From Coprobacillaceae bacterium (GTDB taxonomy: Bacteria > Bacillota_I > Bacilli_A > Erysipelotrichales > Coprobacillaceae), in assembly GCA_963675915.1 (NCBI GenBank), contig OY780959.1:450001-482000 (forward strand): a DNA stretch of 32,000 nt, given 5' to 3'. How positions within the stretch are numbered: the first letter of the stretch is position 1; every line of letters starts with the position of its first letter. This document shows, piece by piece, positions 9,046-18,171 of this stretch. The notes beneath the pieces were generated by a model. It did no database searches, was not told where the DNA came from, and worked only from the letters and a program-made list of their open reading frames with translations. The position numbers and the translations under genes are program-made.

Positions 9046-9657
9046 TTAATCAATTACTTCGATTGAAGTTATTATCGGTTGATTTTCACTAGAGACAGTG
9101 CCGTTGTTGTCAGTTACTTTGGCACCACCCGCAATGGCGTCAACTACATCCATTCCTTGGTAGACATAACCAAAGCAGGCATAGTCGCCATCAAGATAAG
9201 TTGCGTCATCTTGCACGATGAAGAATTGTGAAGACGCTGAATTGTTGGCTGAAGATCGGGCCATTGAAATCGCCCCGCGAGTATGCGACAGGGGATTTTC
9301 AATATCGTTACTTGAAAATTCGCCTTCGACATTTTGGTCTGATCCGCCAGTTCCGTTTCCTAGGGGATCTCCGCCTTGGATCATGAAACCTTCGATGATT
9401 CGATGGAAAGTGAGTCCGTTGTAGAAGCCTTCGTTTACCAGGTTGACAAAGTTGGTAACTGTTGCCGGAGCCGCGTCGGCATTGAGTTCCGCTTTGATGG
9501 TTCCATAATCTTCAACATTGATTGAAATCAAAACCTTACCGCTGAGACAGTCGGTTGTTTGAGTCGAAATGAGGTTGCTGTCAGTGGCGCTGCTTGAACA
9601 TCCCAATAATGAGAAGCTTAATGCGCAAACCATTAATAATGTAAATATCTTTTTCAT
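9046..9657 (-). CDS. Peptidyl-prolyl cis-trans isomerase, cyclophilin type, lipoprotein
   Basis: MKKIFTLLMVCALSFSLLGCSS lipobox, then FHRIIEGFMIQGGDP...GG cyclophilin core. ATG at 9657 lies 7 nt after GGAGG. Confidence 0.9.
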   Translation of the reverse strand: MKKIFTLLMVCALSFSLLGCSSSATDSNLISTQTTDCLSGKVLISINVEDYGTIKAELNADAAPATVTNFVNLVNEGFYNGLTFHRIIEGFMIQGGDPLGNGTGGSDQNVEGEFSSNDIENPLSHTRGAISMARSSANNSASSQFFIVQDDATYLDGDYACFGYVYQGMDVVDAIAGGAKVTDNNGTVSSENQPIITSIEVID

Positions 9658-9765
9658 AAATGTTCCTCCATTCAATCATTATAATTAAATTGGCAGCTAT
9701 TTACAATAACTTATTTTTGATGTATATTTGGTTCTTATGCTATAATTACATTTGGAGGTAATTTT

Positions 9766-10500
9766 ATGTTACAACTTACTAGAGAACAACGTTTGATTAA
9801 AATTGAAAACTTGACCAACTGCCGTGATTTGGGTGGCTATGAGACCCAATCCGGCTATTATACAAAGGCCCATAAATACATCCGCTCAAGCAATATCACG
9901 TCCCTGACAACCCAAGGAATTGAAGCTTTGCTTGATTATGGCGTGAATGTGGTGGTCGATCTTAGAAGCGACTTTGAAGTTGAACAGCTTCCTAGTCAGC
10001 TTAAAGACTGCGAGGAAGTAACTTACTATCATCTTGATCTTTTGGGAATCCCTGATTTTAATGTATTGCCTGAGGATATCAAGAATTATGATGATTTGGG
10101 CGGTTATTACCGCTTTATCCTCGAATCGTCAAAGCAGCGAATCAAAACTGTCTTCGAACTGTTTGTCAAACATCTTGATGACTGCATAATGTTTAACTGT
10201 TCATCAGGGAAAGACCGCACCGGAATCATTGCAGCCTTGTTAATGGATCTGGCTGGATGTCATGAATATGATATCGTCAAGGATTACAGTGAAACTGCGG
10301 GCAATATCGAGGCGATGATGCCTTACCTTGAAGAGCTGGTTGACGAAGAGGGTCAAAAATATCTCGGTTCCCATCCCAACAATATGATCATGATGCTCAA
10401 CTACCTCAATGAGGAGTACGGTTCTAGTCGTGGTTATCTGCTGAGTCTGGGAATAAGCGAAGATGATTTAGAAACGCTTGTTGAAAACTTCACGATTTAA
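9766..10500 (+). CDS. Protein-tyrosine phosphatase family protein (Y_phosphatase3-like)
   Basis: CX5R active-site loop CSSGKDRTG. GGAGG RBS. TTGATG-18-TATAAT promoter upstream. Confidence 0.8.
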   Translation: MLQLTREQRLIKIENLTNCRDLGGYETQSGYYTKAHKYIRSSNITSLTTQGIEALLDYGVNVVVDLRSDFEVEQLPSQLKDCEEVTYYHLDLLGIPDFNVLPEDIKNYDDLGGYYRFILESSKQRIKTVFELFVKHLDDCIMFNCSSGKDRTGIIAALLMDLAGCHEYDIVKDYSETAGNIEAMMPYLEELVDEEGQKYLGSHPNNMIMMLNYLNEEYGSSRGYLLSLGISEDDLETLVENFTI

Positions 10501-10548
10501 AAGTAAATGTTTCCTCCTGGGAGTATATTAATGATAGGAGGGAACATT

Positions 10549-10941
10549 ATGAGTTTGACTTTTAAAGAGAAAGAAAAAGAACTAAAAGATGTATTCAAGG
10601 CCTATAACAAGGCCAAAACCAAACTGTATTATCTTGAACATGACATGTTCATCCCCAGCTCGAGTATGGTAGTCGTCAGTGAAAATGCGACTCCGTATGT
10701 CCGCAATCATTATGCCAATCGGCTTAACCGGAAGATCGACGATTGCAATGATCTCAAAGATATCATAAATTCTTTTGATTTAATCGTGGAAAATCTGACT
10801 TATGATTCCAAGACCATAATCCGGAATGAATTCATGGATAATTGCCGCCGTGACTGGTGGGAACAACATTACTCGAGATCGACCTATTATCGCCTGAAAA
10901 CCCGGGCGATGGAGGAAATGCTTTACTATCTTTACATTTAG
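10549..10941 (+). CDS. Putative small transcriptional regulator, ArpU / sigma-70 region-4-like
   Basis: 130 aa. The C-terminus ...IIRNEFMDNCRRDWWEQHYSRSTYYRLKTRAMEEML resembles the region-4 HTH of ArpU-family phage late regulators. ATG at 10549 follows AGGAGGGA. Confidence 0.45.
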   Translation: MSLTFKEKEKELKDVFKAYNKAKTKLYYLEHDMFIPSSSMVVVSENATPYVRNHYANRLNRKIDDCNDLKDIINSFDLIVENLTYDSKTIIRNEFMDNCRRDWWEQHYSRSTYYRLKTRAMEEMLYYLYI

Positions 10942-10968
10942 ATTAACTTCAATGGTTAATCTTTTTTT
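10941..10968 (+). terminator. Rho-independent terminator
   Basis: GATTAAC / GTTAATC stem, 7-nt loop, T7 run. Confidence 0.7.
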
Positions 10969-10981
10969 ATTCGATTTACGG

Positions 10982-11010
10982 TTGTTTGGTTACTTTATTT
11001 GAAGTATAAT
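10982..11010 (+). promoter_or_regulatory. Sigma-A type promoter for corA
   Basis: TTGTTT (10982-10987), 17-nt spacer, TATAAT (11005-11010). Confidence 0.5.
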
Positions 11011-11037
11011 TAAAGATGGCGAAAGGAGAATGGTCAT

Positions 11038-11982
11038 ATGCGAAAAATATATCGAACAGATGAAAACATTATTACTGAAAGAACAGTAATTGAACCAGGA
11101 TCCTGGATTGAGCTCGTTGATCCCACTCGCGAAGAAGTCAATGAAGTGGCAATGCACTTTGATATCGACTTGGTCGATTTAAGAGCCGCGCTCGATGAGG
11201 AAGAAAGTTCCCGGGTGCAGGTCGAGCCCAACTATACTTTGGTGCTGATTGACATTCCCCTTGAAGAAATGCGGAACAACCGTCAGGCCTATACAACCAT
11301 CCCGCTGGGAATCATTTTGATTGATGATATCATCATCACCGTCTGTTCGAAAGAAAACAGCGTGATGAACATCTTCACCAGAAACAGTATCAAAGGCTTT
11401 TCAACCAAAAAGCCGATGCGTTTTGTCTACCAAATCATTCTCAAGTCCGGTTCGGTCTATCAGAGTTATCTAAGACTGATTGACAAACGCCGTACTACTA
11501 TTGAAAAAAGAGCGATTGAAAGAGAAACCGAAAATGCCGACTTGATCGATTTACACGAACTCGAATCCAACTTGGTTTACTTCTCGACTTCGCTTTCTGC
11601 CAATATGCTTGTTTTGGAACGGCTGACCCGTTTTGAACGTTTGAAACAGTACTCCGAAGACAAGGATTATCTTGATGATGCGATGATCGAAAATCGTCAG
11701 GCGATCGAAATGGCCAACATCTACCGAATCATTATCAATGGGACCCGGGAGTTGATTTCAACCATTGTCAACAATCGCTTGAACAATGTGATGAAACTCT
11801 TGACTTCACTTACCTTGGTAAGTTCGATTCCGACCATCATTTCCGGAATTTACGGAATGAATGTATCGGGCAACTGGATGCCGCTTTCAAGCACTCCATA
11901 TGGTTTTTATATCATTGTGGTAACCACTGTAGCCATCTCGGTTTCGGTGTTGATGATTCTAAGAAGAAGAAAAATGCTCTAA
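11038..11982 (+). CDS. corA: Magnesium/cobalt transporter CorA
   Basis: Two C-terminal TM helices with the signature YGMNV (GMN) motif. AAAGGAGA RBS. Confidence 0.9.
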   Translation: MRKIYRTDENIITERTVIEPGSWIELVDPTREEVNEVAMHFDIDLVDLRAALDEEESSRVQVEPNYTLVLIDIPLEEMRNNRQAYTTIPLGIILIDDIIITVCSKENSVMNIFTRNSIKGFSTKKPMRFVYQIILKSGSVYQSYLRLIDKRRTTIEKRAIERETENADLIDLHELESNLVYFSTSLSANMLVLERLTRFERLKQYSEDKDYLDDAMIENRQAIEMANIYRIIINGTRELISTIVNNRLNNVMKLLTSLTLVSSIPTIISGIYGMNVSGNWMPLSSTPYGFYIIVVTTVAISVSVLMILRRRKML

Positions 11983-12008
11983 TCTAAGACCTGGTCTTAG
12001 ATTTTTTT
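11983..12008 (+). terminator. Rho-independent terminator after corA
   Basis: TCTAAGAC / GTCTTAGA stem followed by T7. Confidence 0.75.
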
Positions 12009-12121
12009 GTTTTAGCCATTGCTTCGAAACATTCACAAAACCGCGTCAGATGGCCTTTAAGAACAATTTTTGCGTGTTAAATTTCATGATATGTGTTATT
12101 ATATTTAACGAGGTATTTAAT

Positions 12122-12829
12122 ATGTTATTTATATTTGATTTAGATGATACAATTTACGATTATATGTGGCCTTTTAACCAAACTGTCAAGGATGTTTTGG
12201 GGATTGAGGACAAGGACACATGTTTTGATTTATATAAAACAATGCGTCAATGTTCGGACAAGATGTTCGAATTGCAGCAACAGGGAAAAATCAGTGTTCA
12301 GGAAGCTGGATATAAAAGGGTGGCCGAGATGGCCCAAATCCATAATCTGGGATTTGACCGCCAGAAATGTATTGATTTCCACCACAGTTATCTGGGATAT
12401 CAAAATCAGATAACCATTAAGGAAGAGATGCACGAGATTCTTAGTACGCTAAGAAATCAGAATTGCCAGCTGGCTATCATTACCAACGGCAACGGAAAAC
12501 ATCAGATGAACAAGATCCGTCAATTGGGCGTGATGGATTATTTTGTTGAAAAGAATATTTTCGTGACCGGAGATTACGGGTTTGACAAACCCGATCAGCG
12601 AATTTTTGACATCGCCATCAATGCGGTGCGCGGAGATTATCAAAAGACATACTATATCGGCGACAGTTACAGCAGTGATGTGATTGGCTCGAAAAAAGCC
12701 GGCATCCGTTCAATCTGGCTGAAAATCAGAGATTTCGAGATTGATTATTCAAGCGGCTACCAGCCTGATCATACTGTCACTTCATACAAGCAGCTGCAGC
12801 AGCTGATCAATAATATTGTGGGGGATTGA
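12122..12829 (+). CDS. HAD-superfamily hydrolase (subfamily IA-like)
   Basis: Motif I FDLDDTIYDY, motif II ITNG, motif IV YIGDSYSSDVIG. The start is moved to the ATG at 12122. Confidence 0.8.
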   Translation: MLFIFDLDDTIYDYMWPFNQTVKDVLGIEDKDTCFDLYKTMRQCSDKMFELQQQGKISVQEAGYKRVAEMAQIHNLGFDRQKCIDFHHSYLGYQNQITIKEEMHEILSTLRNQNCQLAIITNGNGKHQMNKIRQLGVMDYFVEKNIFVTGDYGFDKPDQRIFDIAINAVRGDYQKTYYIGDSYSSDVIGSKKAGIRSIWLKIRDFEIDYSSGYQPDHTVTSYKQLQQLINNIVGD

Positions 12830-12831
12830 TT

Positions 12832-13590
12832 ATGAAACTAGTATCTTGGAATGTGAATGGACTCAGAGCCATTTTGAAAAAGAATTTCGATGAGGTTTTC
12901 AAGGAGCTCGATGCGGATATCTTCTGTATTCAGGAAACCAAAATGCAACCCGGTCAGGCCGAAGTAGAAACTCCTGAACATTATCAGTATCTGTATTCGG
13001 CCCAACGAAAAGGGTATAGCGGAACGATGATTTTCACCAAACTAGAACCGCTTGAAGTCAGCTATGGTCTGGGAATCGAGCATCTCGATACCGAAGGCCG
13101 ATTGATCACTTTGGAGTTTGAGAAATTTTACCTGATCAATTCATATACACCCAATAGCCAGCACGAACTCAAACGGCTGGATTTTCGGCTTGAATATGAC
13201 GCAGCCCTGCGAGAATACATGAGCAATCTGGCCAAAAACAAAGGAGTGATTCTATGTGGGGATTTGAACGTCGCTCATCAGGAAATTGACTTGAAAAATC
13301 CCAAGACAAATCATTTCAATCCCGGTTTTTCGGATGAGGAACGGGCTTCTTTTTCGAATCTTCTGCAGCTGGGATTCATTGACACTTTCAGATACTTATA
13401 TCCAGATAAAACGGATAGTTACTCTTGGTGGTCTTACCGGTTCAAGGCCCGCGACCGCAATATCGGATGGCGGATTGATTACTTCGTGGTTTCCAATCAC
13501 TTCGAAAACCGGATCAAAAATGCCGATATACTAAATAATATAATGGGATCAGATCATTGTCCGGTTTTGCTGGAAATCGATGAATCTTAG
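12832..13590 (+). CDS. xth: Exodeoxyribonuclease III (AP endonuclease)
   Basis: MKLVSWNVNGLRA, FCIQETK, GDLNVAH, WWSYR and SDHCPV motifs. Confidence 0.92.
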   Translation: MKLVSWNVNGLRAILKKNFDEVFKELDADIFCIQETKMQPGQAEVETPEHYQYLYSAQRKGYSGTMIFTKLEPLEVSYGLGIEHLDTEGRLITLEFEKFYLINSYTPNSQHELKRLDFRLEYDAALREYMSNLAKNKGVILCGDLNVAHQEIDLKNPKTNHFNPGFSDEERASFSNLLQLGFIDTFRYLYPDKTDSYSWWSYRFKARDRNIGWRIDYFVVSNHFENRIKNADILNNIMGSDHCPVLLEIDES

Positions 13591-13599
13591 GTTGAAAAT

Positions 13600-14676
13600 A
13601 TGAAATATATTACAAAAATTACTGAATTCTTCTCTGCGAAAGAAACGACCCGGAGCCTGGGAAACATCATCCTGTTTGGTGCAGTGCTGTTGCTGCTTTC
13701 GTATTTGGGTGGGACATACAACAATTTGATTGAAAGTGTGATTGCGATCATCTCACCTTTTGCTGTGGGATTTGTCATCGCCTTTGCCCTTAGCCGGATC
13801 ATTGAGCGGTTAAGCAAACATATCAACCGGACTCTGGCGGTCTTGTTGGTTTACGTGATGATTGCGGCGCTGTTTATCTGGATCAGCTTTTTGATTGTGC
13901 CAATGGTCATCGAAAATGTTTCAAAGATGATTCCTCAAGTCACAATCGGACTGTCGAATCTTGAAGAATGGGTGGCTCTTCATACCAGTTATGATATCCG
14001 TCCGGTCATGACCAGCGTCATCGACCAGATTACTGAATTTGTTAGGAATCTGTCGTTTATGAACAATGCGTTTGAACTCTTCACCAGCATCATCAACAAT
14101 GCCTTGAATATCGTGATTTACTTTATCCTGGCTATCTACATGTCATACAATTATCAACATATCCGCAATCACATCAAGAAAATCGTGAGTCACATCGATG
14201 TTCATCTGGTTGAATATTTCAGCGACATCGAAGACTCGTTGCACACCTATTTCAAAGCTTATGCCATCGGAGCTTGCATCCAGGCAATCGAATTTTGGAT
14301 TGTCTACCTGTTGGTTGGAAACAGCAACTGGCTCGTTCTGGGAATTTTGGCCGGGGTTGCTTCGATAATTCCCTATGTGGGAGCTATCAGTGCCAATCTA
14401 GTCGGGGTTCTGGCAACGTTCTATCTGGGACTTGACAAGGTGATCATTTTGATGCTTTTGATTGTCTTCCAGTCAAACATCGATTCCTATGTAATCGGAC
14501 CGCGAATCTATTCGGCCAATACCGGCTTGTCATTCATCAGTGTCCTGTTTGGAATATTCGCCGGTTCGGCTCTGTTTGGAGTTGTCGGAATGCTGGTGGC
14601 GATTCCGGTTCTGGTCATTGTCAAATCATGCCGCCAAAGGTATTTGAAAAATCATCATAAGGAGGAGGTGTTCTAA
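13600..14676 (+). CDS. AI-2E family transporter (PerM/UPF0118 permease)
   Basis: About 8 TM segments. The C-terminal half has IPYVGA...GP...L.F.SVLFG...G..GM..AIP, typical of UPF0118. Confidence 0.82.
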   Translation: MKYITKITEFFSAKETTRSLGNIILFGAVLLLLSYLGGTYNNLIESVIAIISPFAVGFVIAFALSRIIERLSKHINRTLAVLLVYVMIAALFIWISFLIVPMVIENVSKMIPQVTIGLSNLEEWVALHTSYDIRPVMTSVIDQITEFVRNLSFMNNAFELFTSIINNALNIVIYFILAIYMSYNYQHIRNHIKKIVSHIDVHLVEYFSDIEDSLHTYFKAYAIGACIQAIEFWIVYLLVGNSNWLVLGILAGVASIIPYVGAISANLVGVLATFYLGLDKVIILMLLIVFQSNIDSYVIGPRIYSANTGLSFISVLFGIFAGSALFGVVGMLVAIPVLVIVKSCRQRYLKNHHKEEVF

Positions 14677-15746
14677 TGGATTCCCGTTACGTTTATAAAA
14701 AATATCTGGAAAAACAAAAATACATCAAGAATCTGTGGCTGGCCAATTTCGTCCAGGTTCTGGCCCTTTTGACCTTCTTTGCCTTTATCATGGAAATAGT
14801 GATTTTCTATACCATATTAAGTCAAAGGATGCTCCTCCATCCGGTTCATATCTATTGGCTCAAATTCATCCTGACTCCAATTGCATTGGAATTGGGAATT
14901 GTGGTGATCAGTTATTTCATCTACAATTATTCGAAAATAGGTCTTTATCAAAAGCAACTGGCTTTGTCGATTTGTTTTGTGGTCTACGGCTTTGTGGCAA
15001 CAGTGCTGCATACCGGTTATGTGGCGATTCTGGCAGTAGGAATCATTCCTATCCTTATTTCGGTGATTCATGAACGCTACTCGATCATCATTATCAACTT
15101 CTTTTTGTCGTTGGGGCTGCATTCTTTTGGGGCTTTCACCACTGTTTTCGATCCCTGGAAAAAGATCGACGGGGTCTATCTGATCAATTCCTGCATAATC
15201 TTTTCACTCTATTTCGTGGCTTTCATCCTCGGAATATTCATTGTCCGCTACTACCGTCAGCTTTCCCGCAATGATTTGATGGAAAGTGTCGATCGGTTCA
15301 ATATCAATGAAAGAGTCCATGTCGAAGGTGTTGACTCGGTCGTCAGCTTTGTCGATTTGATGGCGGCGCTGGGCAAATACGATTTTTCTCGCGAAGGAAG
15401 TTCGATCATCCTGATCGATATCCATGACATGACTCATCTTAACAAGCGCTATTCCTTCGAGTATGGCGACAAGCTGCTTAAGAAGATTGCTGAAAGTCTT
15501 AAAAAAGAAACAATTATCGGCTCATTCTACCGCTATGGCGGCGATAAATTCTGTGTCGCTTATTCAGGGGAGAATGTTCAAACGATTGAAAATTATCTTG
15601 AAGATGTTGTCAATGATTGCAAAAACGAGGATGATAATATCAACCTTGCCATTGGCTATAAACAATATGATCAGGCTTTGACGCTTGAACAAAATTTAAA
15701 TGAGGCTTATACGAACCTGCAACAGTCGAAAAAGGAAATCGGATAA
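14676..15746 (+). CDS. Integral membrane protein with a C-terminal degenerate GGDEF domain (GGDKF)
   Basis: An N-terminal hydrophobic region of about 190 aa (5-6 TM), then a GGDEF-like fold with YRYGGDKFCV (15537-15551) in place of GGDEF. TAATG overlap with the upstream gene. Confidence 0.7.
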   Translation: MDSRYVYKKYLEKQKYIKNLWLANFVQVLALLTFFAFIMEIVIFYTILSQRMLLHPVHIYWLKFILTPIALELGIVVISYFIYNYSKIGLYQKQLALSICFVVYGFVATVLHTGYVAILAVGIIPILISVIHERYSIIIINFFLSLGLHSFGAFTTVFDPWKKIDGVYLINSCIIFSLYFVAFILGIFIVRYYRQLSRNDLMESVDRFNINERVHVEGVDSVVSFVDLMAALGKYDFSREGSSIILIDIHDMTHLNKRYSFEYGDKLLKKIAESLKKETIIGSFYRYGGDKFCVAYSGENVQTIENYLEDVVNDCKNEDDNINLAIGYKQYDQALTLEQNLNEAYTNLQQSKKEIG

Positions 15747-15755
15747 GCGGTTATA

Positions 15756-15793
15756 AAAAGAATACTTTAGGTTGATAAGTATTCTTTTTATTT
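15756..15793 (+). terminator. Rho-independent terminator
   Basis: AAAAGAATACTT / AAGTATTCTTTT 12-bp stem, 9-nt loop, then TTATTTT. It covers the track's alternative start at 15772, which supports the 15814 start for the next gene. Confidence 0.7.
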
Positions 15794-15813
15794 TCAAATT
15801 ACGAGGTGATATC

Positions 15814-16161
15814 ATGAATGAAACAATCGCCCTGCTTGAACATGAGTGGGGAGTTAACTATGAAGCAATCAAGGAACGATTCCTCGATGATCGCCACTTG
15901 TACCTTTCATGTCTGGAAAGTTACGCCCGGGATTATGGTTTTGACCGGCTGGATCGGGCGTTAAAGGTCGAAAACTATGATCAGGCTTTGACCGAGGCCT
16001 TTATCCTCAAAGGAGTGGCGGCCAATCTGGGACTCAACAAGATGACATTCGATCTGTCCTTGATGGTATCTAAACTGAAAAATGCCCAATACGATGATCT
16101 CAAATCTGATTGGGACCTGATTGATACCTGGCATCAGAGATTGGCAAAACTTTTCAAATAG
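15814..16161 (+). CDS. Hpt (histidine phosphotransfer)-like domain protein lacking the phospho-accepting His
   Basis: 115 aa. ...ALTEAFILKGVAANLGL... matches the Hpt signature xHxLKGxAxxLG but has Phe (16000-16002) where the His should be. Confidence 0.55.
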   Translation: MNETIALLEHEWGVNYEAIKERFLDDRHLYLSCLESYARDYGFDRLDRALKVENYDQALTEAFILKGVAANLGLNKMTFDLSLMVSKLKNAQYDDLKSDWDLIDTWHQRLAKLFK

Positions 16162-16164
16162 CTA

Positions 16165-16191
16165 AAAATGGACCTAGAGCAGGTCCATTTT
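16165..16191. terminator. Bidirectional terminator between convergent genes
   Basis: AAAATGGACCT / AGGTCCATTTT 11-bp stem with a 5-nt loop. It overlaps the last codons of the minus-strand gene. Confidence 0.65.
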
Positions 16192-16422
16192 ATGCTTTAC
16201 AATCAGATAATGGTCGTCTTCCTCGCTGGGAGTGACCAGCTGCCATGACGAGCTGAGGTAGTCGTTGATCAGGGCGACTATCTCATTCAAATCGGCGCTT
16301 TTACCTTTTTGCACCAACTTGACACCGGCACAGGAACACCCGCCGATTGCATGAATTGAATACTCGTAGCCGTTTTCCTTGAGCAGGGAATTAATTCGGG
16401 TAATTTGGTTGAAATCAATCAT
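16174..16422 (-). CDS. Hypothetical small protein (82 aa) with a GGCSCAG motif
   Basis: AGAGGTG RBS 6 nt upstream of the ATG at 16422. The track's GTG at 16431 overlaps the RBS. I do not recognise a family. Confidence 0.5.
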   Translation of the reverse strand: MIDFNQITRINSLLKENGYEYSIHAIGGCSCAGVKLVQKGKSADLNEIVALINDYLSSSWQLVTPSEEDDHYLIVKHKMDLL

Positions 16423-16611
16423 ATTTTTCACCTCTAGTCATGATAGATTACACTAGTGAATTAACTTTGGTAGCTAAAGCCGTTCTTGTTAAATTCATTA
16501 TATCATATTCGAAAAAATATGAAAATATCCGCAAATTATATTTTAATAGTTACAGGCATACGGTATAATGTAACTATGAAAGGGATGCACTCGTGCACTA
16601 GGATAATGTTA

Positions 16612-16917
16612 ATGAAAGACGTAAATGAAGTGTTGAAAAACGTATTATTGGCTACAGTTGGAGGAGTCGCACTGTCTCTTGACAAATCAAAAGAACTTGT
16701 TGAAGAGCTTGTTGAAAAAGGCGAACTGACAGTCAGCCAAGGCAAAGAACTCAATGAAGAATTGAAACATAAAGCGAAAGCGAAAGCTCGGGAAGTACTC
16801 GAAGTCGACAAGGTCGATGCTGAAACGATCATGAGCAATCTGGATAACCTGACCAAGGAACAGCTCCAACAGGTCAAAGATAAAATCGCGGAAATGGAAA
16901 CAGGAGACCAACTATGA
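16612..16917 (+). CDS. Phasin-like / COG3937-like coiled-coil protein
   Basis: ...LLATVGGVALSLDKSKELVEELVEKGELTVSQGKELNEELKHKAK... TATAAT at 16564-16569. The ATG at 16612 lies 8 nt after AGGA; 16606 is an alternative start. Confidence 0.55.
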   Translation: MKDVNEVLKNVLLATVGGVALSLDKSKELVEELVEKGELTVSQGKELNEELKHKAKAKAREVLEVDKVDAETIMSNLDNLTKEQLQQVKDKIAEMETGDQL

Positions 16918-17004
16918 AAAGTCAAACGATTTTTGACAAAAAATGATTCCTGTTTTTGGGCGCACTAAAAAGAGGCTAAGTATTCAATTTTTTTGAAATA
17001 ACAT

Positions 17005-18171
17005 TTAAGTATTTTGGTATTCTTGATTGGTTGTTAATAGTTTGAAGATTACCCTTACCAATTTATTGGCTGTATGACCCAGTGCGTTATAGTGGCTTTT
17101 ACCTTCGTTAATTTTTTTCGTGTAATACAGATTAAATGTTTTGGCATTTTTTTGAACATTGTTCGCAGCCCATATTAGAGCATATCTAAGCATTGAATTT
17201 CCGCGCTTGGACATTCTTGTCGATGAGGCATTGAATTTCCCTGATTGTCTAACTCTTGGATCCAAACCGGCATATGCCAGTACTTTACTTGGATGAGAAA
17301 ATAAGTTAATATCTTTAATAGAAGAAAGAATCATTCCCGCCTGTACATATCCCATGCCAGGGATTGTCATGATAGGTGAATCAAGAGATTCCACTATACA
17401 ACGTATCTGGTCCTTGAGTTCCTTCTTCTGATTATCGTAAAGTTCGATTTGAAGAATAGTTAACTGCATTCTTACAGCCAAGGAATCTCTCTGTATGCCA
17501 ACAGAGTTTTGCGCTAGTTGTTTGAGTCTAAGCGCTTTTTCTCGGCCATACCGGCCGCGTGAATTGTTGTGAAGAATGTTAGTCAGCTTGTCAATTCGAA
17601 CTTTATTTATTTTCTCAGGAGTCGGATATTCTTTGAGCAATGCAAAAGATGCTTTTCCAAAAGTGCTTTTGCCAAATTCTTTGTGATATTCAGGGAAATT
17701 TTGATCAAGATAAGTAATCATTTGAATTTTTGCTCTTGCATTCAATTTTGTAACATCATGGTATGATTTGCATAGATCATACAATTCATTCAGAGTATCG
17801 TTCAAAGATATTTCATTACCAAGATTCAAGGTGAGAGCCATACAGATAAGCATAGAATCGATTTTATCATTCTTGGCATCACGCATTTGGGTTTTTCTAA
17901 GAGCGTGGGTCTGCAAAGGGTTGATGATAACGACCCGAAATCCGTTGATCAATAAAAAATTACTTAAATTATTGGAATAGTGAGCTGTTGACTCCATTCC
18001 AAATACGATGTTTTCTTTGTCAAAGTCATTGACTTTAGACATAAGAAGTTCGAAACCTGCCTTGTTGTTTTCAAAAGGAAAAGCTTTTTCAAAAACCTCA
18101 CCGTTTGAATCGACAATCGAGGCGAAATGTAAGTTTTTGGCAATATCAATGCCTACAAGTTTTTTTGCCAT
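17005..18171 (-). CDS. IS110-family transposase/recombinase (N-terminal DEDD RuvC-like domain plus C-terminal Tnp domain with catalytic Ser)
   Basis: MAKKLVGIDIAKNLHF..., FGMESTAHY, IPGMGYVQAGMILSSI (HhH) and YAGLDPRVRQSGKF... are all hallmark IS110/IS1111-family motifs. The start at 18171 is preferred over the track's 18240. Confidence 0.93.
   Translation of the reverse strand: MAKKLVGIDIAKNLHFASIVDSNGEVFEKAFPFENNKAGFELLMSKVNDFDKENIVFGMESTAHYSNNLSNFLLINGFRVVIINPLQTHALRKTQMRDAKNDKIDSMLICMALTLNLGNEISLNDTLNELYDLCKSYHDVTKLNARAKIQMITYLDQNFPEYHKEFGKSTFGKASFALLKEYPTPEKINKVRIDKLTNILHNNSRGRYGREKALRLKQLAQNSVGIQRDSLAVRMQLTILQIELYDNQKKELKDQIRCIVESLDSPIMTIPGMGYVQAGMILSSIKDINLFSHPSKVLAYAGLDPRVRQSGKFNASSTRMSKRGNSMLRYALIWAANNVQKNAKTFNLYYTKKINEGKSHYNALGHTANKLVRVIFKLLTTNQEYQNT

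Noticed and set aside
10969-11037. Mg2+ (M-box) riboswitch upstream of corA
   Set aside because: The leader is only about 25-30 nt after the predicted -10 box, far too short.
1290-14676. A functional link between luxS and the 'AI-2E family' permease
   Set aside because: The genes are about 12 kb apart in different transcription units, and the family name does not imply AI-2 export for every member.
16536-16925. 129-aa minus-strand ORF
   Set aside because: It is entirely antisense to the phasin-like gene, has a Ser/Thr-rich low-complexity translation and has no RBS.
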